Notes: generated by a model not told the origin, from the sequence alone. 64,000 nt of DNA from Pelagomonas calceolata (GCA_918797485.1 CAKKNE010000002.1:4526001-4590000), one strand, 5' to 3'; shown: positions 1-11,390, numbered from the stretch's first letter. Translations and numbers: made by a program.

Positions 1-189
1 GAGTGCAGCAGCCGCGGACACGAGCTTGTGAGCTTGTGGTCGGGTTTTGGCGCAATCAGCTCTCCAATGAGCTCCTGCGAGACTGTCGTACGTCCCCCGC
101 ATGACTCCCATCCGCCGGTACCCCTTCAAATAATTTGCAGCGCTCTTTGAGCACTCTGAGATCAGGTCTGCAGCGGCCCTGAACGTCAG

Positions 190-1680
190 GTGTTCCGTCC
201 GCGACAAGCCGCGCCGATGGCCGCCGCGATGGCGCAGCCGCGCCCCATTCCACCCCCGACGGGGGCAGCGCCAACCCACGAGGTCTGGGAGGTAGCAGAA
301 CCGCCCTTAGCAGAACCTGAAGCGCCGCTCCCAGGAACCTCCCATTGGCAGAACCTCCCACGCACCATCCGCCGCGAGGGCGAGGCCGCCGCCGCCGCGC
401 GCGCGGCGGCCCTGGCGGCGCAGGCCGGGGCGCGGCCCGCGGTCGCGCCGCTGCCGCTGCCGCGCGCGCTAAGGCGAGAGGGCCCGCCGCTGCCGCGCTA
501 CAATAGGGAAGGAGAGGCCGCCGCCGCGGCGCGCGCGGCCGCTGTAGCAAGAGCCGCGCTCGACGCCCTGCCGCAGCCGCCGGCTCACCGCCTCGACCCG
601 ATTACACCAAGACGTAGGGTCAATGCGAACATCCACCTGTCGCTGACGACGGAGTTCGCGACTCTTGTTGGTGAAACTCCACCCTCCTTCCCCTGTCCTA
701 GTCGTCGGAGGAACGGGCCTACGTTACACGTCTCACTGCAGCCGGAATTTGCAGAGCTCCTGGGCCTGGAGGAGTCGGACGAGGACGACGACGACAGATC
801 TATTCTATCCGCTGTGTCCTTCAGCGCGCGGTGCGTGCCTATTGATGAAGAGGAACGGCCGCGCTCCGCCGGTAGCACGGTGTCATTCCGAGTACGGCCG
901 ACGTCTCCAGCAAGTGTCGTCAGCGAGGACATCGAGGCCGACGCGACGTGGTGCGGCAACTGGCGTTCTCGAAGGGCGGCGCAGGAGCCCGAGGACGAGA
1001 TGGACGTCACGTCATTGAGGACGGCGTTGGCGCTCGCGCGGCGCGACGCCGCCGCAGCGAGAGCCGACGCCGCCGCGGCGAGGAGACATGCGAGACGGCG
1101 AGCGGGCGCCGCCCGAGCGGACGCTTTAGCAGCTCGAAGATCAGCGCGCGACGCGGCCGAGGCCTTCGATGCCGTGGCCGAGGCGGCCGCGGCGGCTGCC
1201 CGGGACGCGTCTCGCGCGCGCTCGAATCAAGCAGCAGCAGAAGCGGCCCACGCGGCAGCTAGAGCGCAACTACGCCGCGCTAGGGACGGCGAGGTCTTCG
1301 TGGACGCGCTGGACGCGTTGGAGGCCTTCGACGACGTACCTCCACCACCGCCAAAAGTCGAGCCGCCACTGACTCCGGAAACAGCGTTGACTGCGTGCGA
1401 GCGGGCCTTCCTGCCCCAAAAACTGCAGCCGCTTTCATTAGATGCGTTGGCCGATCTGGATCGGCGCGTCCAACACCTGGGGGATGAACTGAAGCGCCAG
1501 GTCGTCGACCGCGCGCGCTGCGGCGACGAGGCGTCCCAGTGCGCGCTGTGTTGCTCGGCTTCCAAATCAATTGCGTTTGTCGACTGCGGCCACGCCGTCT
1601 GCGGCGCGTGCGTCGAGCGCGTCGACCGGTGTCCTTTTTGTAGAGGGCCTGCGCAGCCGACGATCCGCATACACCTCTGA
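190..1680 (+). CDS. C-terminal RING-finger (C3HC4-type) protein with Ala/Arg-rich coiled coil
   Basis: 496-aa ORF ending CALCCSASKSIAFVDCGHAVCGACVERVDRCPFCR; the true ATG is uncertain (ORF begins GTG; ATGs at 217 and 229). Confidence 0.8.
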   Translation: MFRPRQAAPMAAAMAQPRPIPPPTGAAPTHEVWEVAEPPLAEPEAPLPGTSHWQNLPRTIRREGEAAAAARAAALAAQAGARPAVAPLPLPRALRREGPPLPRYNREGEAAAAARAAAVARAALDALPQPPAHRLDPITPRRRVNANIHLSLTTEFATLVGETPPSFPCPSRRRNGPTLHVSLQPEFAELLGLEESDEDDDDRSILSAVSFSARCVPIDEEERPRSAGSTVSFRVRPTSPASVVSEDIEADATWCGNWRSRRAAQEPEDEMDVTSLRTALALARRDAAAARADAAAARRHARRRAGAARADALAARRSARDAAEAFDAVAEAAAAAARDASRARSNQAAAEAAHAAARAQLRRARDGEVFVDALDALEAFDDVPPPPPKVEPPLTPETALTACERAFLPQKLQPLSLDALADLDRRVQHLGDELKRQVVDRARCGDEASQCALCCSASKSIAFVDCGHAVCGACVERVDRCPFCRGPAQPTIRIHL

Positions 1681-1737
1681 ATTCGAATTCCCTTCCCCCC
1701 TGTTGCTGCTGGACATAAGGTCTACTCTACACAAGTC

Positions 1738-3036
1738 TTAGAAGAAGGGAGGGCATTTCGACGCGTAGGATCCCTCGAGAGTTCCCCCACGGCTCTTGAG
1801 GAGGCGACGGGCGCTCACAATGTTTGCGCTGCAGACGCTTCCCGAGGAAAGTTCACGACGGTTATAATACCCAACTTGCTTCAAGTTCGGGCAGCCCTGT
1901 ACGATGCCCAGCAACTCCGCCGCGCCCCATTCAGCAGCCAAAGTAGAACTAACAGTTGCCTTGCGGAGACTCGCCGCTGAAGAACTTTTGACTATGATGT
2001 CGACAACAGCAGGTGTCACGCATAAATCGGACTGGTCGCGGCGAGTTATAAATAAATTAATTTCCTCCAGTTGGCATCGGTTGCAGATGATGCGCATACA
2101 CTCGTCGTCTATATCTACTGCAGAGAGCCTTCGAAGCATGGGCGCCGCAAGCGCCAGCTGCTCGAAAAATTCAGTCGGTGCCATGCGCGGAATAAGCGCG
2201 TTCTCGAAAGGCCCCGCGAGTTCGCGCAGGTTCGGAAAGCCCCTCACCAGTTGAAGGCCCGCTTCTGGCCACAGTTGCGGAGAAAATGATCCGAAGAAAT
2301 TAGTGAAGCACAAACTGGTAACACGATCCCGCAGCGGCGTCTCCAGGAGTCGTGCCACGAAATCCGGCGTCACAGCGGCCCTGGGGATAACCACCCTCGT
2401 CACATGCACGCAGGTCTCCGCCGCCACCGCAATCACGTCAAAACAAATAGGCATTTCATGTATTTGGCTGTCCCACTCCCTCACGAATTTGAGTTCTCTG
2501 AGGCGAGGAAATTGCCTCGCATAGGTCTCGGCCGGACTCAGGCCTCCTGTCGGAAGCACGACGTATTCGAGCAACGGACAAGCCTGACTTACGGCGACAA
2601 AGTGCGTAGGCTGGATGTTCGGCACACGTGGCACATAAAGGTTTTTCAGCAGAGGGCACGCCCGGCATAGAATCAAGAGGGTGTCTGGGGTGATGTGATT
2701 GTCTCTGGGGGGCTCGATAGACAGTTGGTTCAATAGGCCCCCCGTGCTAAGGACGAACGACTCAAGCGCCGTCGTGACGGCTGGGAACCCGCTCACGGTG
2801 TTCAGATATCGGCAGCCCGCCCCAAACACCCGACCAATGGCGACGAGCGCTGCATTTTGGAGGGAATTTCGAGCGTAAAATCGCTTGTACACGTCGTGGT
2901 GCTTGACGGCGCGGGTCACGACTTGCTTGCATGACCCAGCCGAGCAGCGCAGGGCTAATAATTCGGCCTTTCCCGGCAGGAACTCCGCCACGCGCGCCTG
3001 CAGCTCCACCGGTAGGTCCGTGAGACCGGTCGCCAT
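1738..3036 (-). CDS. F-box-like/LRR (RNI-like) protein
   Basis: N-terminal LTDLPVELQARVAEFL (F-box-like) followed by repeated CPLLKNL/CPLLEYV/FPRLREL/FPNLREL/CPNLKQV LRR-type motifs; ATG at 3036. Confidence 0.7.
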   Translation of the reverse strand: MATGLTDLPVELQARVAEFLPGKAELLALRCSAGSCKQVVTRAVKHHDVYKRFYARNSLQNAALVAIGRVFGAGCRYLNTVSGFPAVTTALESFVLSTGGLLNQLSIEPPRDNHITPDTLLILCRACPLLKNLYVPRVPNIQPTHFVAVSQACPLLEYVVLPTGGLSPAETYARQFPRLRELKFVREWDSQIHEMPICFDVIAVAAETCVHVTRVVIPRAAVTPDFVARLLETPLRDRVTSLCFTNFFGSFSPQLWPEAGLQLVRGFPNLRELAGPFENALIPRMAPTEFFEQLALAAPMLRRLSAVDIDDECMRIICNRCQLEEINLFITRRDQSDLCVTPAVVDIIVKSSSAASLRKATVSSTLAAEWGAAELLGIVQGCPNLKQVGYYNRRELSSGSVCSANIVSARRLLKSRGGTLEGSYASKCPPFF

Positions 3037-3096
3037 GCTCGATTTTGATCCCTGGCGCACACCACAAGCTAAACGAGCAAAGGGTCAAAAGCCGCA

Positions 3097-3120
3097 GCTA
3101 AGCGGCCGTAACACACTAGC
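3097..3120 (+). promoter_or_regulatory. Double-CTAG intergenic motif copy
   Basis: GCTAAGCGGCCGTAACACACTAGC between divergent genes. Confidence 0.55.
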
Positions 3121-3297
3121 ACACAGCCCAGCCAAGCAAAAACCCCTGGATTGTTCACGCTGGTGGCCTAAACCGCTCTCTCTCTGGCTCATTACGCGAC
3201 CGTACCTATTTACGGGAGGTCCCGCAAGACTGACCTCCTCGAAACGACGACTCCAGCGACGGCAGAGACAGCCCCAGCAGAACCCACAGCCGCAGCG

Positions 3298-5861
3298 ATG
3301 GCAGAGGACCAAAGCCAGCCCATCCCCACGCGCGGCCGCCTCGCGCCGAGCTGGAGCGAAGCCCTCGCGAGAACGGACAAGCCCAAGCTAGGGGGAGATG
3401 CCTGCTGGGGCGGCGCCGCGACCTTAGCGGAGGAGCTCGCTCTACTCGGCGACTTCATGGCACCCAGGAGAATCGAGGACGCCGTCGAGCAAGGACTGGT
3501 GAACGCCGTCTCGGAAGCCTGCAAAACCGCTTGTAATGCGGAGGCTTTCCGGATTGGGCCGCCGACGCAGTGTCGGCTCAGTGGTGATCCAGCCTTGCTC
3601 TGCTGCGTGACGGCCAAGTCCGCGGATTCATTGGCCAAAGAGTTGGAGAAGGACCCGGCCAACGTAAAAGTCGACGCCGTCGACGACGCGAACGCGCGCT
3701 CGGCCTGCGGTGACGTGCTGTTATCCGGTGCGCGAGTAGGTTGTGTGTTGGTCGAGCGTGCGAGTGGTGCCCGCGCCCATATTGCACTCGTAGAAAACGT
3801 GGACTACGCCGAGGCTTTGCGGTTACGCAACGCCGACGCGGCGGCACGGTTCAATGCGCTAGCGCCTCGGTCTACCAGAGAGTCCGCAGTACCGAGAGTG
3901 TTCCGGACGGCGTTGTGTGTACATGGTCTGGACTCGGCGCGGGGCCTGGGCTGGTCAAAATTAGCCGAAGCCTTACATGCACTGAACGAATTGCGGCGCC
4001 ATCCGTCCAAAGCCAGACGCGGCGATGAGGCTTCCCTAGAACTCTGTGATAGACCTCTGTACGTCAACGACAAAAACGTACTTCGCGATAAGGAAGACCA
4101 CGGCCTCACAGATGATCAAGAGTTCCTCAGCTTCTCGACTGATGCGCCCCTCACCGAGGAACGCACAAGGAAGGTCCTCTCAGACTTACGAAGACGAGTC
4201 CTAGCAGCACACCGAGGCGGCGGCCTCACCTGCGAGCAGCTGCGTCGAGACTCGCGGCGGAACACGTACAAGACTGGCAGCTATTTTACTGATGACGGCG
4301 ACCTCGAAGAATTGGATCGGGATTTGGTGGAGCAGGCGAAGCTACGACTGCAGAATGGCGAGATGCTGCAGCGGCCCCTGGATCTCTTCGACAAGGCTCC
4401 TGTCCAGAAGATAACATACTCGAAGGAGACCGCGTTAGTTGTGGCAGAAGATGAAGACCAGCGGGCTACCAAAAAAAGAAGAGGTGGCGCTCTGTTGCGG
4501 CTCGTGGAGTCGGCGAGACCGCCTCCTCCACTCTTCGGGCCGCCACCGCCGCGGACGGCCGACGAGCAGCGCTGCGCCGCCGCTGTTGATTGCGCTCGGT
4601 TGGAGCCTGCGTGGAAATCAACCAGTGCGTCGGGTGCACCCGACAATTCGTCACTAAGTCATTTCTCGGCGATGGCGCGGCCGTCCTGGCTCGGTCGAGC
4701 GGTGAGGAACGAGCACCACCACGCTATGGAGCAGGCGTCGCGTCGATGGCGTGGAGGACGACGCGACGATTCGAATGCGCCGTAAAATTTTGATTTCCAC
4801 ACAGGTTGGAGCTGGAAGCCGCCGGTACGTCCAAGAACAACTCCGTCTTAGGTGCAGCCTTACCGGGAGGGGCTTTACGCGACATGCGGGCGAGGCAGCT
4901 CCTCGCCATTTTTGTCAGGTCCTGCGGAAGCGCCAATAGAGGCTCAGATGTCCTATCGGTCCAAAGCGCCTACGCCGCTTGCCTGTTACGTGTCTTGAAG
5001 CACGACGCCCCTTATCCGGAAGCCTGGTCTCCAACAGAACCACTCGGCGCGCAGGGGGCCCTGTGGCGCGCGACACGGCTCGGCGACTCGAACTTGGAGC
5101 ATAGGGAGGCGGCTCTGAGACCGGCTCCCTTGCACGGTACTGCGAGAGATTGTAAAGCTCGAGCGGACGTCGCCGACGACGCCTACGAGGCCATTGGCCA
5201 TTTGACGGCGGCATTGGGTGCTTCTCCCTCCAATGCTTCGTTACTGGCTCAAAGAGCGGCAGCTTATCTAGCTTGCGACCTGACGAACCACGCCCGCTCC
5301 GACGCCGCGAGATGCTTGGCCTTAGCACCGGCCTGGGACGGCGCGTTGAGATGTGCCGCGCAAGTCGTGCACGGGTCGCAGCCGATGCTGAGCGCCTTGC
5401 AGGACTACGCCGCTTTGGTCCGACGGCAGGCGCCGGCTCCTTCCGATGTAACGGACGCTCCACCTGTCTCGGGAGATATTGCGTCGTTGAAAAGTTACGC
5501 GGACGGGGAATTCCGAGCCAAGCGCCTCCCCGAGGCCGTGACGGCCTATACCCGATGCATCGCAAAATGTGCGGACGAGGACGACGTCGACCCACAAACG
5601 GTGGCGGCTTTGTTCTCGAACCGGGCCGCGGCCTGCATGGCTCTCAATTCATTCGGCGACGCTCTTAGGGATGGGGTTGCTGCCGCAGCTGTAAAGCCGG
5701 ACTGGGTCAAGGGACATGTGAGAGTCGCTTTAGCGCTGCGGGCCCTGAACCTACCTAGGGAAGCCATCGCGGCCTACCACAGCGCTCTCAGGTGCAAACC
5801 GGGCGACGCGGACCTCAACCTAGGCCTCTGCGACGCCGTCCAAGAAGCTAGTTCTAAATAA
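3298..5861 (+). CDS. TPR-repeat protein, two exons (3298-4598, 4805-5861)
   Basis: Removing intron 4599-4804 fuses ORFs 3298 and 4806 in frame (...CAR|LELEAAG...); C-terminal TPR motifs (LFSNRAAACMAL, PDWVKGHVRVALAL). Confidence 0.8.
4599..4804 (+). mobile_element. Introner intron (206 nt, GT-AG); element 4607-4804
   Basis: TIRs CTGCGTGGAAATCAA / TTGATTTCCACACAG; perfect 8-bp TSD GTTGGAGC at 4599-4606 and 4805-4812; removal restores the frame. Confidence 0.93.
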
Positions 5862-6339
5862 ATCTGTTATTCATGTAGTCCCGCAGCTTTGCGTTCTCGG
5901 TCCGGAGCTTGTCGTTTTCTTCTCTCAATTTCTCGTTGGCCGACTCCAACACTTGATTGGCCGCGACGAGCTCCTCGTTTCGTCGCCGGAACACGCGACA
6001 CGCACTCTCAGGAGAATGGTCGAATAATCTTTGCCGTTCCCGCGCCTCGGGCGCCGAGGCGCGTCGATGGGGCCGTCGCGGCCCGTATTTCGACACCCGC
6101 CCATCCAGACCCGGATCATAATCATCGAGCTTATCTAAAATCTGGCCGTGCGTCTTCTCGGCCTTGCGGATGAGCGACGCGCAGCGCTCGGCGTCCTTCA
6201 TGTCGCCCGGTTTGTCCGTGAAACTTCCTTTCCGGAAGGAGAAGGACGCTCTTGACGAGCGGGACGACCGGTCCGATCTTGCTGAAACGGGCCTGCTTCC
6301 TTGGAAGGACGACCGCGCCGACGGGGGGCGGAAGCTCAT
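5854..6339 (-). CDS. Hypothetical protein, Ser/Arg-rich N-terminus and C-terminal coiled coil
   Basis: 161-aa ATG ORF with heptad-like LVAANQVLESANEKLREENDKLRTENAKL; its 3' end overlaps the TPR gene by 8 nt. Confidence 0.65.
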   Translation of the reverse strand: MSFRPPSARSSFQGSRPVSARSDRSSRSSRASFSFRKGSFTDKPGDMKDAERCASLIRKAEKTHGQILDKLDDYDPGLDGRVSKYGPRRPHRRASAPEARERQRLFDHSPESACRVFRRRNEELVAANQVLESANEKLREENDKLRTENAKLRDYMNNRFI

Positions 6340-6828
6340 GGTTTTTGGCTAGTCCTCTTGGTGGTGCTGCGTGCTGCGGCGCTCGACAGCCCCTTCTTTT
6401 GGTGGCAGACGCTGCCTCGGGTGGGGTGAGTCGCCTTTGCGGCGGCCGGCGCGGTCCTACGGCCTTTACCGGAGGCAGACAGGCCATGCAATTGCGAGCA
6501 GGGCGGGCGCTCCACATCGGCTCCGCTAGGTGCCGGCGCGCGAGCTCTCGCCGCACGCATAAGAGCGGTCGCGAGGCGCCCCGGGACTACTCATGGCGCT
6601 GCCGTCGCGCGGGTCTCAAGTTCCCCCGTCACGCCGCGACAACGACGCCCACGAGTCCTCGCACCGTGGTCTAGCACCGTGACAGAGCCCCCCACGCCGT
6701 CGCCGCGGGGGCGACGCCATCCCCACAACAACGAAAAACGAGAATGTGCAGCGAAAGTTATATGGCGCGCGCGGGCCCTGGGGGTGGGGGGAGTTCCGGC
6801 CGTGCGCCTGCACACACTCTTTGCGGCC

Positions 6829-8655
6829 CTAGCCGCCCTCCTCGATGAGGTCCCGGATGTCGCAGCTCATCTCCACCTCCGCCGCGAGCGCCTCGATCTG
6901 GGGTTCCAGGTCTTCCTCGCACAGATCAATAGCTTCGGGCAAGGCATCCGCGACGGCTTCGCGCCCGGCACAGACCCGCTCGGAACACTTGATCTGCGTT
7001 TCGACGCACTGCCGCATGACCTCCACCTCCTCGAGCTGCGCCTTCAGGATGTCATCCAGCCTCGAGACCTGATCGCCCAGAGTCGTAATGCTTTTCTGCA
7101 AGTAGATCGTCCTCCGCTTCGCGCGGAAGGCCACGGCACCCTTGTCGTAGTACTCCCAGGTCACCCAGCCCTTCTGCAGGTAACTCTTCATCATCCTATT
7201 AATGAATCCCGTCATCAGCGCCCGCTGCCGGTCGTAGTTGTCGACTTTATACTTCCACTCCTTGATGACCACGCGCTTCATGTGCGTCAGCATCTGGCCC
7301 AGGATGCGTTTCAACAACATCTTCTTGTCGTCGGACAGAGCGTCGAACGCGGCGGCGGTCTGCGCCATGACGATATCCTCGTAGAGCTTCTCGTTTATTT
7401 TCATATCTTTCCGAGCCTGCTCGACGGCGAACTGGAGGTGCTTGATCTGCTCCTCGGGCGGCATGTTCGCGGAGTAGACCTCGGACTGCCATTTTCTTAT
7501 AGCCATACTGACTTTGAGGTTCAGGATGCGCTTGAAAAATCTTTTACAGGTCTTGTAGATTTTGGTCGCCTCGGCCGCCTTGATCTTCCACTCCATGAAG
7601 ACCGCGCGCTTGCCCTCGGCGCCGCCCTTGCCGAAGATGCCGATGAGGAACGCGCGTTTTTTGTCGTCGACCGTACGCAGCCGCATGTTCACGAAATTCC
7701 GCATCTTCTCTTCCAGCTCCTGCTCGGCGATCTCCATGCGCTTCTTCGCCTCGACGACCAACGGTTCGAGCTTCTTTATCTCGCGCGGGTCCGCGAAGCC
7801 GACCATCGTGTTGCAGTCGCCCGCCCACTGCGACCACGCCTTCGCCAGCAAGATCTTCACGCGGCCCATCATGACGCGCATGATGACCTTCACCAATTCG
7901 GAATGTTCCACGAAGAAGATGATGTCATCCAATTCATGCATCTCGTCGTGGATCTCTTCTAATCTATGGGTAATTCTGTTGACGTTCTCCTGGTTGATCT
8001 TCGCGCGCTGCTGCGCCGTCATGGACAGCGACACTCGCCTATTCCCTTTGCCGTCGTTGGCGATGACGGGCGCCGTGCGCGTCTTCTGCATCATTTCCTC
8101 GGCCTTGAAGCTTACTTGCTTGCCGTAGGACGGCGCGCCGCCGCCGTAGCCGCCGCCTCCACTACTCCCGTAGCCGCCGCCGCCTCCGGAGGAGCCGAAG
8201 TAGCCGCCGCCACCACCACCGCCGCCGCCCGGTGGTGCGCTAAAAGGATCGTTCGCGTCGCCGCCGTAGGGATCCGCCGGGATCGACGAGCCGTAGCCCC
8301 CTCCACCTCCACCGTAACCTCCTCCTGAGGAGCCATATCCACCGGAGCTACCGTAGCCGCCGCCGCCGCCTCCACCGTAACCGCCGCCGCCGCCGTACGA
8401 GGCGCCCTTGATCGCGGGCAGACCGCCGCCGCCGCCGCCGTAGCCGTCCTCGATCATGTTCCCTCCGCTCAGTTTCGCCTCGGCCTTCGACAACGTAATG
8501 CAGGTCTGCTCGAGCATGTATTTGACGGGCTGGAGCGCTTCCGCGGGCCGGCCGTGGCCGCCCTGCGCGCGACTCATGACGGCGCCGCTGTCGTACCAGT
8601 CCCGCTCGCGCTCCTTGAGTTGCTGGCGGGTGACGCGCGGGAGCGCGACGGCCAT
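6829..8655 (-). CDS. Gly/Tyr-rich N-terminus plus helical region with Sfi1-like Trp repeats
   Basis: 608-aa ORF; GYGGGG low-complexity tract; AWSQW, VFMEWK, AIRKWQ, VIKEWK, GWVTWE motifs. Confidence 0.8.
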   Translation of the reverse strand: MAVALPRVTRQQLKERERDWYDSGAVMSRAQGGHGRPAEALQPVKYMLEQTCITLSKAEAKLSGGNMIEDGYGGGGGGLPAIKGASYGGGGGYGGGGGGGYGSSGGYGSSGGGYGGGGGGYGSSIPADPYGGDANDPFSAPPGGGGGGGGGYFGSSGGGGGYGSSGGGGYGGGAPSYGKQVSFKAEEMMQKTRTAPVIANDGKGNRRVSLSMTAQQRAKINQENVNRITHRLEEIHDEMHELDDIIFFVEHSELVKVIMRVMMGRVKILLAKAWSQWAGDCNTMVGFADPREIKKLEPLVVEAKKRMEIAEQELEEKMRNFVNMRLRTVDDKKRAFLIGIFGKGGAEGKRAVFMEWKIKAAEATKIYKTCKRFFKRILNLKVSMAIRKWQSEVYSANMPPEEQIKHLQFAVEQARKDMKINEKLYEDIVMAQTAAAFDALSDDKKMLLKRILGQMLTHMKRVVIKEWKYKVDNYDRQRALMTGFINRMMKSYLQKGWVTWEYYDKGAVAFRAKRRTIYLQKSITTLGDQVSRLDDILKAQLEEVEVMRQCVETQIKCSERVCAGREAVADALPEAIDLCEEDLEPQIEALAAEVEMSCDIRDLIEEGG

Positions 8656-9313
8656 GGACCGCGCGCCGGCGCGCGCCTTGCCTTAACGCCGCTTCGACGC
8701 TCTCCGGGGCTGCCTCGGCGCGCCTTGTGCGCTTGCCGTAGGGTCGCCGCGGAGTCGCTGGGCTCGTCTGTGAAGGGGCGGGGCTGCCCCTTGCTTGCGC
8801 GGTGGACGCGCGACGCTTTTAACACTGGCGCGGCAGAGAGAGGCAGCGCTACTATAGTGTAACTAGGGCATCGTTTCGTTATGGCGTTTCTGCCGTCCTC
8901 GGTGCTGGGGTGGTGTCGTGAGGGGTGCCGGGGCAGCGTTGTAGTGGGGGAGGAGTCCCGGGGCAGCCTGCAGTTCCGGTGGCCTTGGGAGGCCCCTCGG
9001 CGTCGCTTTTGGACTGGGATCCGTCGCGAGGACTCCGGAGGGCGCTGCTGCCGCGGCGGCAAGCGTCCGGCTTCCAGCCGCGCCGGCCGAGGAGCAGTAG
9101 CCAAGTCTGCGAGTTGCCACTTGGCATAGCAAAACGCACGCGATCGCAATCTGTCCTTGCACGAGCGCTTGCGACGCATCACTTCAAGCGCAGACCGCTG
9201 TGCGACTCGCTGGCTTGCATTCAATCCGTGCCGGGCAAGCGCCACAATCGCTGGGCTTGCAGCACACTGCTCGCAGCGCTAGCTCCGCGCATCGATCCGC
9301 GACAGCAGCCATC

Positions 9314-10048
9314 ATGCGGCGACGGTGTACGCTGCGACGAGCAGCGCTCGCCTTTCTCGTCCACGGCGCGACGGCGCAGGACCCGCTCGCCGGCTTCGGC
9401 GGCGGCGACGCCTACGGCGCGCCGCCGCCGCAGCCCATGGCGCCGGGCCCCGGCGGGCCGCCGGGCATCGCACCAGCACGAGGTGGAGGCGGCCTGGGCG
9501 GCAAGCTCGCCTTTTTGACGATCGGCGCCGGCGCGGTGAAAGCTTTTGACACATTCCAGAGCCAAAAGAAACAAAGGGAGCACGAGTCGCAACTCAGCAA
9601 GCTCCAGACAAGTGTTGCCGTGAAACGCGTCGAGAGCGAACAGGTCGCGCAGCAATTGCAGACCTGCTACCAGACGGTACGAAGCTTACAACAAGCCTTG
9701 TATGAGTCTGAACAAGAAGCCCTACAGCGCGACTACGAGGAGTTCAAGGCCCCCGATTCGGATGGCGACGAAAGGATCAGTATGTACGAGTTCGGGGCTT
9801 ATATCAAAAATTACATGAAGGCCTACCCGCACATCCCCGAGGAAGATTATCCTACGTTTGATGATTTCGATCGCAACGGCGACGGGACCGTGACCTTCAA
9901 GGAGTGGCAGGCCTACCTCAAGGAGCAGAAGGCCGAAGCGAAAAGCTCGAAGGCCTCGCAGAAGGGCTACGAGGGCCTGTCGAAGACGGCGGACAAATCC
10001 CAAAGCTTCGCGGAGATGTACCGCAAGCTGAAGGCTGCCGGGGGGTGA
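9314..10048 (+). CDS. EF-hand pair protein with N-terminal signal-like segment and coiled coil
   Basis: DSDGDERISMYE and DRNGDGTVTFKE EF-hand loops; ATG at 9314. Confidence 0.8.
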   Translation: MRRRCTLRRAALAFLVHGATAQDPLAGFGGGDAYGAPPPQPMAPGPGGPPGIAPARGGGGLGGKLAFLTIGAGAVKAFDTFQSQKKQREHESQLSKLQTSVAVKRVESEQVAQQLQTCYQTVRSLQQALYESEQEALQRDYEEFKAPDSDGDERISMYEFGAYIKNYMKAYPHIPEEDYPTFDDFDRNGDGTVTFKEWQAYLKEQKAEAKSSKASQKGYEGLSKTADKSQSFAEMYRKLKAAGG

Positions 10049-10238
10049 GGGCGTAAGGGTGTTGGAGCGTTATGTTCGCGGCGGCGGCGTGCGCGTTGCG
10101 TCGCGGCGGCTCGATGGCGTCACACTGGCTTCATTGGCGCAACCTTGGGTGCAGGAAATCCCACGGAAAGGCGCGGGGAGGCGTCGCCCGGTGGCTCGGC
10201 CAATAGGTCCCCCACCGCCACGCCATCGCCGCGTTACA

Positions 10239-11390
10239 CTACGAATCCTTATCCGCATCCATCCCCGCCTTCGCATCCGTCCAGTCGCCCGCGAGTTGTA
10301 AACTGACAGTATGCTTCGCAGCTTTCTCTCCGAGCGCCTCCGTCTGCAGCACCTCGACGGGCAAAGCACCGGACGATCGCCGCAAGCCGTTGCAAGCCCA
10401 CGTCTTACTGTGTTCGTCCCTGAGCTCCCACCTCACATTACACTTCCAGTCGCGGTGCTGCCTTAAGAAAGCTACTTTTTCATCAATAGACATGGCCTCC
10501 AAATCTTCCAGAGAACCCGACGCGGGTGCCTCCATGGTAAAGCGTTGACCAAAAACACTCTTGCACCGCCGCATCATCTCGTCGTCCTCGCCGCCCCAGC
10601 CCCAGTAGTTGTTCGGGAAGCCGTTGATCCTCGCGAAGTCATTTGTGGTCCAAGCACACACGCCCCCGAAATAGTCTTTGTTGCCACTGTAGCGGTCCCA
10701 GACGCGCGCGATGTGCAGGGGCTTGTCTTCTAATGGCAACGCGGCGTAGGCCGCGCCTAGGTCGTCTGATGGGAGTAAATCGACATCATGAAAAATCAAC
10801 GAGTCGCACTGGTCCCTTTCGGCTAGGATTGCTCCTACGTTCAGCAGTTGTCCTCGGTTGAACTTCCTCTGGTCATCGGACTGCTCGATGACATAGACGC
10901 GATGGTCGTCGCAAGATGCAGATAGGAACCGAGCCATGTGCGGGATAAATTTCCTTAAATGTTCCGACCGCTTCTGTTCCTTGTGGGCGTCGCGGAACGG
11001 CACGATCACGGCAACTCTCTTGGCCTTTGGTCTCTCTGATAGGGGCACGCCTTTCTCGGCTAGGTCCGAGTCGTCTTCGGGCGCCCAGACGCGGGCCGAG
11101 GGGTGGTAGTTCGGGACCCGTACTTCCGTGGTTATCACCTCGAGATCCTTACCCGGCACGGGTATGAACTCGAAGTCGTTCTCCGGCGTTCTTACGACGT
11201 GGCCCGACGCGCGCTCGTTTTTCCTCCTCAACACGGCGACGACCCAGCTGTCGTCCTCGCCCGGCAGCTCGTATTCGATGACGCCGTCCCGGTCCCGGAA
11301 CTTGGCGAAGGTGTCGCCGGCCGGCGGGTTGCGGATGCGCACGGCTTGGCCCGGTTTTAGGGCTGTGCTTGTGCTGTCCATCGCAGCCAT
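10239..11390 (-). CDS. Beta-1,4-galactosyltransferase family (GT7)
   Basis: VAVIVPFRD, FNRGQLLNVG, IFHDVDLLP, FGGV, INGFPNNYWGWGGEDDEM signature motifs. Confidence 0.92.
   Translation of the reverse strand: MAAMDSTSTALKPGQAVRIRNPPAGDTFAKFRDRDGVIEYELPGEDDSWVVAVLRRKNERASGHVVRTPENDFEFIPVPGKDLEVITTEVRVPNYHPSARVWAPEDDSDLAEKGVPLSERPKAKRVAVIVPFRDAHKEQKRSEHLRKFIPHMARFLSASCDDHRVYVIEQSDDQRKFNRGQLLNVGAILAERDQCDSLIFHDVDLLPSDDLGAAYAALPLEDKPLHIARVWDRYSGNKDYFGGVCAWTTNDFARINGFPNNYWGWGGEDDEMMRRCKSVFGQRFTMEAPASGSLEDLEAMSIDEKVAFLRQHRDWKCNVRWELRDEHSKTWACNGLRRSSGALPVEVLQTEALGEKAAKHTVSLQLAGDWTDAKAGMDADKDS

Noticed and set aside
4599..4785. Recurrent peptides such as HHAMEQASRRWRGGRR and RRDACSMAWRCR in several ORFs
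   Set aside because: These are translations of introner DNA, not a protein domain
6679..7962. 427-aa plus-strand ORF
   Set aside because: Antisense shadow of the 608-aa minus-strand gene; long shadow ORFs are expected at this GC and codon bias
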